Of a stretch of 64,000 nucleotides of DNA, positions 1-10,317 are shown in pieces. A model generated the notes under the pieces. The model was not told the DNA's origin. It did not search any database and was given only the letters and a program-made list of their open reading frames with translations. The stretch comes from Balanoglossus misakiensis. Taxonomy: Eukaryota > Animalia > Hemichordata. The translations under genes and the position numbers were made by a program. The stretch lies in contig CM082584.2 of the NCBI GenBank assembly GCA_040954595.2, positions 12,120,875 through 12,184,874 of the forward strand, in the 5' to 3' direction. Numbering within the stretch: position 1 is the stretch's first letter; the number at the start of each line of letters is the position of its first letter.

Positions 1-668
1 GACAATATTCCTGCCAGTCCTCGGAAAACTAGTAAGAGTCGAGTCGTCATATTTATATGATGCAGACAGTTTTAATTACTAGTATCACTTGCCCAAAGCG
101 ATTCAGTGGAACTGAGAAAGCCATTCTGACCTTTGTATCGTAACTTCAAATAATCTTACTGCCTCTAATTCCCATCCACTCTGTCTATACGTTGTCTCTT
201 ACAGGGCGAGGCGGTGCACGTGAACCCGTTGTATCTCATGCTCCCGGCTTGTCTGACCTGTTCGTATGCTTTCCTGTTACCCATAGCAACGCCTCCAAAC
301 GCAATTGCGTTTTCCTACGGGGTCCTGTCTGTGTCGGACATGGTAAGACAGTATTGTTAAATTCACACCCTTACATTTTATATCGAAGATGGTGCCCCGA
401 ATATGGATTTAAGCTAAGATCTACAGTCGAAGGAAATGAAAATACCCTGATCATTCAATATTTTCAGGTGAAGGCTGGCACACCGATGACAATCATCGCC
501 ATTCTTCTGGCGCTGTTGAATACATACGTCATGGGTTCTGTGTTGTTCGACGTCACCAATTACCCCGACTGGGCAGACTCTGCACTGGCTACAACAGCGT
601 CCCCTAACGTCACTGGTTTGCCGTGCGTGGCCAATATTCTACCAACCGTACAGGTGGCTAACTTGTAA
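1..668 (+). CDS. SLC13-family Na+/dicarboxylate-citrate-sulfate cotransporter, 3' end (partial; exons 1-31, 205-342, 468-668)
   Basis: Splicing at GT-AG sites gives TIFLPVLGKL|GEAVHVNPLYLMLPACLTCSYAFLLPIATPPNAIAFSYGVLSVSDM|VKAGTPMTIIAILLALLNTYVMGSVLFDVTNYPDWA...NL*. PLYLMLP, LPxATPPNAI and DMVKAG are hallmark C-terminal SLC13 motifs. All junctions are phase 0. The paralog cannot be assigned. Confidence 0.93.
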
Positions 669-1121
669 ACTGCACTTGTCGTGTTGCCACAGACAGAGTA
701 CATGTATGTTTTATCGGACACACAGCCATTACACGCCTCCCAGATTCACGGCAGATTCACAAATATCAAAGTGCTTCAATATTGGGCATCGTGTCAATGT
801 CGTGCTTATAGAAGAGGCGTGAAGAGTCTCTTTTACAAGGAAAGCGAGCGGTCAGATGTTCCCGTGCAATAATTTACGTCAGTGGTGCTTTAAATATACG
901 TGATGCTTCCTACCGATATATAGAATGCGCTTCATAGATATATTTAAATTTAACAAAATGCAGCTGTCATGTTTTAAACAGTGAAAAAATTAAAGTGGGT
1001 TGAGCAGTGGCTGTGTTTTGTTGCACATTTTGGCTTCTCCGCCAAGAGTTCAGAAACCAACGGTACACACACTGCAGTGTCCTGTACGTACCCACGTGCC
1101 TACTTGTTCAACGCTGTCTCC

Positions 1122-4100
1122 ATGGCAGCCGGGTAGACAGGTAAACAAGGTACGCATAAAGCTGGGATGTCACCAGTTTGCCGGAGTATCAGTGAAGAAT
1201 ATTGGACTGACAAAATAAGCCGATTGTTTTGCGCTTGATGAACTTCTATCTGCGTCGTTATATTGACATATTCTCGGGTTATGCAACGAGACTTTGCTTT
1301 AGCCACCAATACGGCTGTTCTATTGTGTCTATATTAAAATACAGCTGTACACAGAAGGGAGAGCCTACTGCATTTGTATCTGGAATTCTAAAGATCATGC
1401 GCTGGCACAAAACATCTGGGACAGCCACTGTTTGAATACACCAGATGCGTTGTACAATAACACGCATTGTGCCACTTACCCGGACTTTTTGTGACAACTG
1501 ACCGTTAGATTCCGCGAGAGACTTGACCACACAAACTCTAAAAATATTGTTTTAAAATGCGTTTGGCTTTCCTCAGAAGAGATATTTACGTAACTGTCTC
1601 TTGACATTTTTTTACACAAAGGCGCTCTCAGTGCGAAAATCGGATTTAGTGGACTAAAGTTTTAAATTCTTTCGGCATAGCCGATGGAATAATCTCGTTG
1701 TTAAGCAATCCAAGGAATTGAGTATTGATCAGCTATTAGAGATTATAAGATACAAGGGACCTTTTCGAGGTGTTTAGAGAAGAATACAATAAACTGAACC
1801 AAAGTAGCGGTTTCATTCACTGAGGCTTTACAATGTATTGACTGTAGCCCACTGTGGTGGAACTCATACAACTGGCCAAGCAGATAAAGAGTTGTTTTTG
1901 GTTGACGGGGCCTTTGTTTACTTGTTGAGGGCGTGCAATTGATCACGCGAAGGCTTTGGTTGTGACGAGCAGACCAAAGGGCAAACCAACCAAGAGCCAC
2001 TCAGATAAAGGGTTTGACTGGACGAATTTAGTTCATTTGGGGTGCTGTGATTTGAAGTCTGTTTTGTTCATGTCCACGGTTGGTACCCTCGTCAAACTAA
2101 ATTCCTAGGAGTTTACTAGTAAGAAGACCATATGCTGGTGAGGTATTTTTCCTCGTGACTGACAGTAACATCGACGCCTGGCCCCGGAGATTCGGACCTG
2201 ACGAAGAAGCCATGGTCGACAGCGTTCCTAGGGACTTCACAGATGGTCTGTTGGTGGATGACCGCTTTCGGGCTGAGCGGCGGGCGGCTGCTCGCAGGGG
2301 CGCGGCCAACTACAAGAACTTGGAAGCCCTGGCGCAGAAGTTCTGGAAATCCCAGGAACCGAGAATGCCCAACGTCAGTCGCAGAAGACCGGTTCTCCAG
2401 CCGATCTCGGAGCGCAAAACACACCCAGTTTCGACCAACGGTAGTGACCATGTAAGCACTCGTCAAATATTTGCGAACGTACCAGTGAAAAACAGGGTGC
2501 ACTTCGCTGACGGGACGCCTGTAAATATTGCTTCGACAGAAGAGAGGACGGACTTTTCGCTCTTCGAAGATGTCGTAAACGCCGAGCCCATGCAACCAGA
2601 AACCAGCGATCGGATACATATCCGAAGGTCTACCAAGGGGTTAACAAGTGATCCATTCGAGACTAGTAGTGACGTGGTTTCTTCTGTCAAAAGCATGAGC
2701 TCTGAACCCTTGGTAACTCAACAGGGTTCTTTTAGCCTGCAACTTCAAGACGTTCCGAGTTTGAAAAACTCCTTTCAGAGTGATAGTGATGTCGTTTTGG
2801 GGTTCGAAAGGAAGCGGATGCGGACTTACTACAAGAAGAGCCCGCTCTTCAGCTCGCAAGTCGGGGACGGCCAATATGATATCGACACTTCAAGAACGTC
2901 GTTTTCAGATTCCCCGGACCTGTCGCCGCGAACTGTCTACAACCAGAGGCGACGGAAAATCGCCATGCAGTTTACGAGCAACAACGGACAGGTGACGGTG
3001 ATCGAGCCTTACGGGACCGGGACGAAAGACCCGCGATGTGTGGAAGAAACTATGCAACGGGGAAACATTGACGAGCAAGAGGATGGCGACCAGGATCTCG
3101 TCGACCCGGACATGGAGATAGATTCCGTAAAATTGAGAAGAGAAAACACCGTGGCGGTTTTGAAAAGGATTGATGTCATGCTGAACGGTCCAGATAAACC
3201 CCCGGTTGCGAGCGAGCTCGGATCCAGCGTCAGGGAAGCAGATTACAGTTCGGAAAGTTTTGACTTTTCAGATTCGGAAGTTGATCTGTTTCTACCAGAG
3301 ACTGTTGAAGAAGAACAAACGCCCCTGACGTACTTTGACGGTGAGTAAAAATTACTTTGTTGTTATCAAGAACGCAGAAATAAAAATAGACTATACCAAA
3401 CGGTGTCAGGCCAGATACCACTTTAACATTTACCAAGCGGACCTTTCCCAAGCATCAGTCAGTTTTAAGGATAGAAACATTGCATGGTGCGTGGGGTAAA
3501 ATGTTCAGGGGTAATCGTTCTACAACCACAGACAACTAACCAAATAATAGGCCTTTTGACGATGAAATCTCAAGCAAAGGCCAGAGGTACCCATCCGTGT
3601 CAGTTTCATTGTCAAAACGCAATAGTTGAAATATGTAACCAATAGCACTTTAACGATGCTGTACCCATTGACGCACACTCATCTTTTTTTTCCATTGTTG
3701 TAACAATCGCTTTATTTTACAACTAACTATAACCATGTGCGACCCTGGCATTCTGATGTGACACGTCCCAGTCATTGCCTGGAAACGCGCTGTGTGTCCT
3801 GTAAATCATCACTGAAGTATGGGGGTCTGTATACTTTAAAACAAACGTTGGTGTCACAATAAATATTCCGTTACTTAAAAGAAAAAATTAACTACGAAAA
3901 TGGTACACCGAATTAGAAAAAAATGGCAACGATCATTCTAGTGAAACATACTAGAACTGTTCTAGATCCGTGACAAAGTACGTCTGCCAATTATAAGCAA
4001 TCGCGGTCCGGTCAATGCGGAACCCAGTTACATACATTTGGCTCACTTGGCTGTCGCATGTATACGTAGGAGTCGTAACCATGACAATGGTGGTCATTCC

Positions 4101-5462
4101 ACGTTGGTGCGACCGTCCTTCTGTCACCGAAGTGCTCGAAACATCTTTAAATATGAAGTGAAATCTATTTGACGCCTTGCACCTTGCGCGGAATCATGTT
4201 AGCGACGCCCCCGTTGAAAAGAACTCTCTAAAACTTAAAGAAACTAAATTTGATATCACGGTGTTTAGTTACACCAACGCGCCGGCTCTGAGGAGGTTGC
4301 GCGCTGTGTGGACAAGGTTGTCTTAGGTCAGATTGAGAAGAAAACAGCAGATATTGAGGTCGGGTCGGGGAGTGTGACTTGTTAAGATTCAAGACAAGGC
4401 TGTGCTTTGTTGCTTGCGCATGTCATCGGGGAGTTGGAGACGTTGGCATTCGGCACTTCAACATCATGCCAAGTGTTCTACGTAATTAATCAGTGAACGT
4501 ACACAGCTGACAGTATGGAATAGACCTACACACAAGCCACGTAGTTGCCTGAGGTTGTACGCGACCAAGGTTCAAATATCAGCAAATCAATCGACGGCAG
4601 ACACTGCAAACGTCAGAGACAAAGAAATCAGTCTACCTTTACATTATTCTTGTTGAAAGACATAACACGAATCACGCAACGCAGTTAAAAAGCAATGGAT
4701 GACAACTCATGCATAGTAAATCGTGCAACCCAGACACGGCTTAACAACAATGTAAGGGTTCCCCGCGGTCAGAGACACCTGTCTGAGTTTTGATTAGGAT
4801 GACACGTACTGGTAATTGCTATAGCAACCACGGTTCGCCATCTTAGTCGAGTAAAGGGTAGTTATATTTAACAGTAAAATTTAAGTGTACAAATTTGACC
4901 ATCTTCGTTGACCAATGTTTAGTGCGGACCGATCACAATGGCTATTATAACATGACAAACGATCTGAAGATTATGGTTGTCGAACTGGCCGCAATATCAT
5001 TATCACCTAGCAACGCGTTGCTGCGGACGAATGAATGGTGTGGTTGTCGCGCTGTTATGTGTCCCCGTCCTGTCGTTGGTGTTGCACGGTGATGTGTAAT
5101 ATGGGGCGAAGAATTTTCAGTGGAGTGGAGTGAAAATGGAAATCGTGTGAACGTCACTCAGGATGTAGAACTTCCTTCAGAAGGAGCAAGAACTTAACGT
5201 TGGAATGTCGGTTCAACATGTAGTATGAACCATTTGCAAATGTGCAAGTTATCCCACGGAGACGCCGTACAAGACAACCCCATCTAATATAACCCCTTTC
5301 TTCTCTTTCTCAGATCCCATGGTAATAGCCAGACAACCGGACAGCAAAGCCAGCCATGAAGACGAGTGCACGTCACTTGAAGATATTTTCAACGAGCCGA
5401 GTCTCTTCTCCAAATTGGACGTCTACGTCAAGTGTGAAGACTGGCTGGAACGATGGTTTTAG
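1122..5462 (+). CDS. Uncharacterised, largely disordered Ser/Asp/Glu-rich protein (about 463 aa; exons 1122-1132 tentative, 2109-3340, 5314-5462)
   Basis: Long GC-richer ORF 2101-3348 ends at donor G|GTGAGT (3340, phase 1). This joins the pyrimidine-rich acceptor TTTCTCAG|AT at 5314 in frame to give ...DPMVIARQ...LDVYVKCEDWLERWF*. The start is uncertain: ATG GCA GCC GG|gtagac (1122-1132) splices in frame to CCTAG|G at 2109, or ATG 2212 is used. AATAAA signals near 5626 and 5785. Confidence 0.72.
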
Positions 5463-6148
5463 AAACCTGGCATTGTATTATGATATTACAGAAGGTGTAA
5501 TATAAAACTGACAATCTTTCACCAGTTTATACGAAGACTATATTGTCAAGTCGTATTTTTACGTTACTAGTAGTGTTACGATTTCTGTCCAAATTCCCGA
5601 AATATTCACTATTTCCACCAAACAAAAATAAACTCTTTCCCCGACAAAAGTATTTCACATGGCAGTACTCGGCAAGATCAGTACGGCGAGGATAACAGAA
5701 GGGAAAAGAAGTATTGTAAAGAATGTATGTATTTACATGTGTCTGTATTATACAGATAATAGTTAACTTTGTTACCATTTTGTCAATAAATATTTAAGTA
5801 CTTCCACGTGTTTTTATCATTCCTTTTCAAACACACGGTAGCTATCGCTGTGCGTCTACAGCTTATACAAAAGTGTTTCCGTTTTCACCAACTGATGGCG
5901 CTGTTTACACGAATACCCAGGACAAGGCAGTAGAAAAGTATAATTTTACACAAAATCTCATTTAATACTAAGTCAAAAATATGTACAATATTTCAATAAA
6001 ATAAAAAAGTATCACGACAGGCAGTCAAGTTTACATGTTTTTTAAACAAAATGTAAATATCAGTGATGGGAGACCATGCTCTCTTTCACTATGCAACTTG
6101 TGGAATTTTTTTCCAGAAAAATCACGACCTCTATTTTCTTCTGCAAAG

Positions 6149-7220
6149 TCACCAATAGTCTGGTAACTTATAAAATGTTTCATTGTTCTCAGTTATATGC
6201 ACTAGCCTGGCTCCAAAGAAGTCCATGATGTATTCAGATCCATCAGCTGGCCCAACAACCTGAAATGGTAAAAGTGTTTTTGCATGTACTATAATATATA
6301 AAAATATATAAACTCAATCATGACTGAATATCACATGGTGAAGTGTGGAGAGCTTACCTGCGATGCAATCAATATTATATCAATAAGCTGTCCAAGGAAA
6401 AAGAATCCTAATGTTGATAATTTTAGAAGACCAATGGCTGGATAGCCCAGGTAGAATCTGTCGACACCAAACATTCCCAGGAATATGGATAACAGTACAG
6501 AAATCTCATAATGTACACCATTGCTGTAAAGATACAAGAGAAAGGTATGCTCATTCAGGTCATCACCTTAAAAGTCTTCACCTTCTTAAGGTCATGACCT
6601 AAACAGAAGCCATGTTATTAATTGTCTGCCTACTTACGTGTACCGGCAAGATACTTGCTTCTGGAAACCAACCTGTGTACCATTGAATGTGCGTTGATCA
6701 CAGGTTATGTTTGGAGCTGGATAACAGTTGACTGAAGTGAAAAGGAAATGAGCAAAAAGATCAGCCAAGATGAATGTACACCTGTACAATTTCGGATTAC
6801 AGTGCACAGTTGAACTGTCACATTGAACGATAATTAACCATTGAAAGGTAAAAATATGGGCTCTGAATTTGATTCGTCAAACAAGTGAGAAATGCTCACC
6901 CAAGACCGTGCCTTCACTTGTACAACCAATGGCAGACTGTGTTTTGGCATCTATGTCTGGCTGATCACAACAGTATGTATGCAATGTTAAAGAAAATTAC
7001 TATGTTGTAGTTGTACATATCATGTAATGAACATAAAAACAGCACTGCACTAGTCTTGTGCTTTGAAAACAAATCAGACAAAAGGATATTGTCCCATAAG
7101 GAGGTCTTCGCACTCAAGGTTAAATTCTTGTGACGATCGCACAAAGTTTTCCAACAGAAAACACAAAATCGAGAGAAATACGAGGATCCAGCGATCACTG
7201 ACCAACCCGGAAGTAGCCAT
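6149..7220 (-). CDS. TM2D1: TM2 domain-containing protein 1 (beta-amyloid-binding protein homolog), complete, 192 aa; exons 7220-7090, 6976-6900, 6731-6638, 6523-6358, 6259-6149
   Basis: Spliced product: MATSG + hydrophobic signal peptide ...CEDLLMGQYCCDQPDID...VNCYPAPNITC...VGFQKQVSCRYTNGVHYEISVLLSIFLGMFGVDRFYLGYPAIGLLKLSTLGFFFLGQLIDIILIASQVVGPADGSEYIMDFFGARL...YW*. It has the DRFYLG TM2 motif and TM2D1-type CxDLxxGQY, CxPAPNITC and VGPxDGS segments. All exon phases are consistent. Confidence 0.96.
6977..7089 (-). other. U12-type (minor spliceosome) AT-AC intron, TM2D1 intron 1
   Basis: On the minus strand the donor is ATATCCTTTT, a branch site TTTCTTTAAC lies 9 nt before a terminal AC, and removal restores GQ-YCCDQP in frame. 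Confidence 0.92.
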
Positions 7221-7622
7221 GTTGACAATTTGAACCTCTGTTTGAGTACTCCTATTATCTTTCAATAGCCATCCTCAAAAGAAAATAGTCCCACTGCCAA
7301 ATATACCGATATGCGCAAAAACGACGGTATAATTTTATGATTTTTTTAGATTAAGATAACATATGATAAAACATTTAATAGAACATTATTGTGACAAAGA
7401 GAGACTATTTTTTAATCAAACAGCGGATGAATTTAATCTGTAAATTCTCTGAAGGATTCCCCCTTGGTCGCCATTTGCAAATTGATTATGCATGAGTTTC
7501 TCAGCTGTGTGGGGCGAAAGGTGTGAACGAGTGACATTCCAGTTTTCCTGCGATAATTACTCTGCTCGTGTGGTGGTGGTGTACTTATTGATTTCTCATT
7601 GGTCTTTGTCATTGAAACAAAG
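7221..7622. promoter_or_regulatory. Putative bidirectional promoter shared by TM2D1 (-) and MPDZ/PATJ (+), with a probable non-coding first exon ending at donor 7622
   Basis: TM2D1 ATG at 7220 points left. A strong + strand donor AAG|GTAAGG lies at 7622/7623. YY1-like CGCCATTT at 7469-7476 and ETS-like CCGGAAGT at 7207-7214 (just inside the TM2D1 CDS). The TSS positions are inferred. Confidence 0.55.
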
Positions 7623-8429
7623 GTAAGGTTATTACGAAAAATGTGTTAATGATAATGTTTACTTCCAAAGTTCCAATGGGTGTGCACGACAATATTTGTG
7701 CCATGTTGTGTCAATTTGTAAACCTGGATGGTATGCGTGGAATTTTACACCTATATAGAGTGACGAACTCGTAGTTAACTTCATAAATGACGCAATAATT
7801 CCGTATTTTGGGATTTTAAAGCGTTTTCAGTGTCAAATTCACCAAGTTTTGCGTCAAAAAGAATTAAATTGTAACGTTGTAGCCAGTTATTGTACCACTA
7901 CATGCTACATACACAAGTCCCATGTTCATATCATGTGCATTGTTATGTTAATTAAAGAGTGTGATGAACAGTGTGAACTTTATGGTGGAACACTACATAA
8001 TATGTGGCCACATGGAACATTTTATGATTTCATCATTAGTCAGAAGAAGGTGGCGCTCAACTTTACAGAATGACTCAATGGAACATTGTTTTGAAACCAA
8101 CCACCCATTATTTCAGATCCTGCCCCACCCCTCTTTTGTCACTGGCCAATATGGCATAGCCCAAATTGTTGGTATGGTAACATATCTGCTTCAGTGGGGC
8201 TGGATTGTTTCATTTTGTTAAAGGGGCGTACTTCATGCACAACTGACCTTTTGTTTCCCAAATTAAAATTTCCCACACAGACAAAAGGTTAAATTTTATA
8301 TGTATAGAATTAGAAATGCCCACGTCAACAAATATATATGCCTTAAAATTTTAAAACATCAAGACGTCAAACTATAGTACATACATGCTTGAATATCATT
8401 CTTTTTTTCAGGAAAAAATCAACTTTTAA

Positions 8430-10255
8430 AGTGAACCGACACCTTCCTTGTAGAGAGATTCTAATAAAATCTTTGTGAAAAACATGAGTGATTTGCGTCG
8501 TTTTTATTCACTTTCACTTATCGCGCAGCAGCGTAGCGTCGATCTCGATATGCAGTGTGACGTCACCAACTACGCACCAGTAGCAGACGCCACCGTGCGC
8601 ACGCTAACGTACACAGACAGTTGACATGGCTGGCTCCCTCGCAAGTGGGAGCAAAAACAGAGTTGGCAAAAACACGGTGAAAGGTTTTATAAGAGTTCCC
8701 GACCCTTCGGTGGACAGTCAAAATGCAAATCGACCTGAAAAATGGGTGTCAAACATTGGCATATTATTTCGGTGCTTATTGCTGAGACAGATGATACTTT
8801 TGCTTCGGAAATGTTCGTGTTCAACTAGGCCCTATATCGTGAAGCATATTGCAAAAAAAAAAAAAAACTACACAGCAAAAATTGTCGAAACAGCCGGGGC
8901 TCCTGATTTCCTTTGATCACCATATGACGAAACCGAATTTTTGGCACTGTAAATCAAAACTCTGATCGGAAGAAAGTAGTGTGGCGGAAATAGGCCTACT
9001 AGTGAACACTGTTTTTGTCGCGTACCCAAGCTGTGAATGCATCGCAAAACCATTTCCAAAGACAAAAACGACCACCTCTACCATCTGGAAGCACCACAGA
9101 TGTACTCGAAACATGACAATCGGAGTTTCTGCCTCCCTTTGATCAACAAAGCCGCATCTTTTCACAGCTGTTGATCAACGTAAAGGATGGTAGACACGTA
9201 TGGTAGACATTTTCGCGAGAGTGACAATAGGCTTACTTTCTATTCTTTTGGGAAATCACGAGGGTCCCTATTATGACATGGGTGACTAAATGTCAAAAAT
9301 TATCGCATGGCTTCGTGATATGTCATTCAAGTCTTTATCTAACTGCCTTGTCAAGACATCTATTTCATGGCAGCACCGGCATTCCTTGACAGTAGAAATA
9401 ACTTCGCATTTACCGCAGCGCAGCTACACCATGAGCATGAGCGTGATGAAAGACGAAGCCGATCACTCTTCTCGGTCATCTTTGCTGTCTACACTTGCCT
9501 CTGTACTATTGGAATCAGTTTCACTTGAGTCGCCTACCATCTCATCGCTGCTGTATTCGGGTTCGTACAAAAATCCGACGATATCTTCGTTTGAAAACTC
9601 AATATCGCGTGGTCGTTTTTGTCTTTGGAAATGGTTTTGCGATGCATTCACAGCTTGGGTACGCGACAAAAACAGTGTTCACTAGTAGGCCTATTTCCGC
9701 CACACTACTTTCTTCCGATCAGAGTTTTGATTTACAGTGCCAAAAATTCGGTTTCGTCATATGGTGATCAAAGGAAATCAGGAGCCCCGGCTGTTTCGAC
9801 AATTTTTGCTGTGTAGTTTTTTTTTTTTTTTTGCAATATGCTTCACGATATAGGGCCTAGTTGAACACGAACATTTCCGAAGCAAAAGTATCATCTGTCT
9901 CAGCAATAAGCACCGAAATAATATGCCAATGTTTGACACCCATTTTTCAGGTCGATTTGCATTTTGACTGTCCACCGAAGGGTCGGGAACTCTTATAAAA
10001 CCTTTCACCGTGTTTTTGCCAACTCTGTTTTTGCTCCCACTTGCGAGGGAGCCAGCCATGTCAACTGTCTGTGTACGTTAGCGTGCGCACGGTGGCGTCT
10101 GCTACTGGTGCGTAGTTGGTGACGTCACACTGCATATCGAGATCGACGCTACGCTGCTGCGCGATAAGTGAAAGTGAATAAAAACGACGCAAATCACTCA
10201 TGTTTTTCACAAAGATTTTATTAGAATCTCTCTACAAGGAAGGTGTCGGTTCACT
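8430..10255. mobile_element. Non-autonomous Kolobok-type DNA transposon / foldback element with very long terminal inverted repeats
   Basis: TTAA at 8426-8429 and 10256-10259 (target-site duplication). Termini 5'-AGTGAACCGACACC...GGTGTCGGTTCACT-3' (AG..CT). Arms 8430-9075 and 9609-10255 are reverse complements; the only difference I found is an A15 vs T16 run. TTAA with RR..YY ends is the Kolobok signature (piggyBac has YY..RR). Confidence 0.9.
9286..9669 (-). pseudogene. Frameshifted KolX / P2X7 cytoplasmic ballast-like Cys-rich ORF inside the Kolobok element
   Basis: The minus strand reads IVGFLYEPEYSSDE + acidic Ser-rich linker, then across two frameshifts (one a 5 bp GCTGC duplication) RL..SWCSC/CGKCEVISTVKECRCCHEIDVL. 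This matches the YxFEP ... WCxCGxC-x6-ECxCCxE pattern I recognise from P2X7-C-terminal-like/KolX proteins. Recognised from memory, not by search. Confidence 0.75.
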
Positions 10256-10317
10256 TTAAGAACAGAAAACTAAAGTAATTATTTATTGGATTTTGTGAAG
10301 ACCCAAACTTGACCATC

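Noticed and set aside
192-467. N-terminal part of ORF 192-668 as a single-exon protein
   Set aside because: The true SLC13 frame is different in 205-342, and 343-467 is an intron.
8218-8346. TTAAAGGGGCG... and TTAAAGGGGAAGTTCA (10412) resemble Kolobok left ends
   Set aside because: I found no matching right-hand TIR; at most single-ended remnants.
8626-10059. Twin ORFs MAGSLASGSKNRVG... (8626-8916 + and 9778-10059 -) and other mirrored ORF pairs
   Set aside because: They are mirror images created by the inverted arms. They diverge only at the poly-A length difference and show no recognisable domain.
8426-10259. piggyBac assignment because of the TTAA duplication
   Set aside because: Termini are AG..CT rather than CC..GG, and the cargo is KolX-like; both favour Kolobok.
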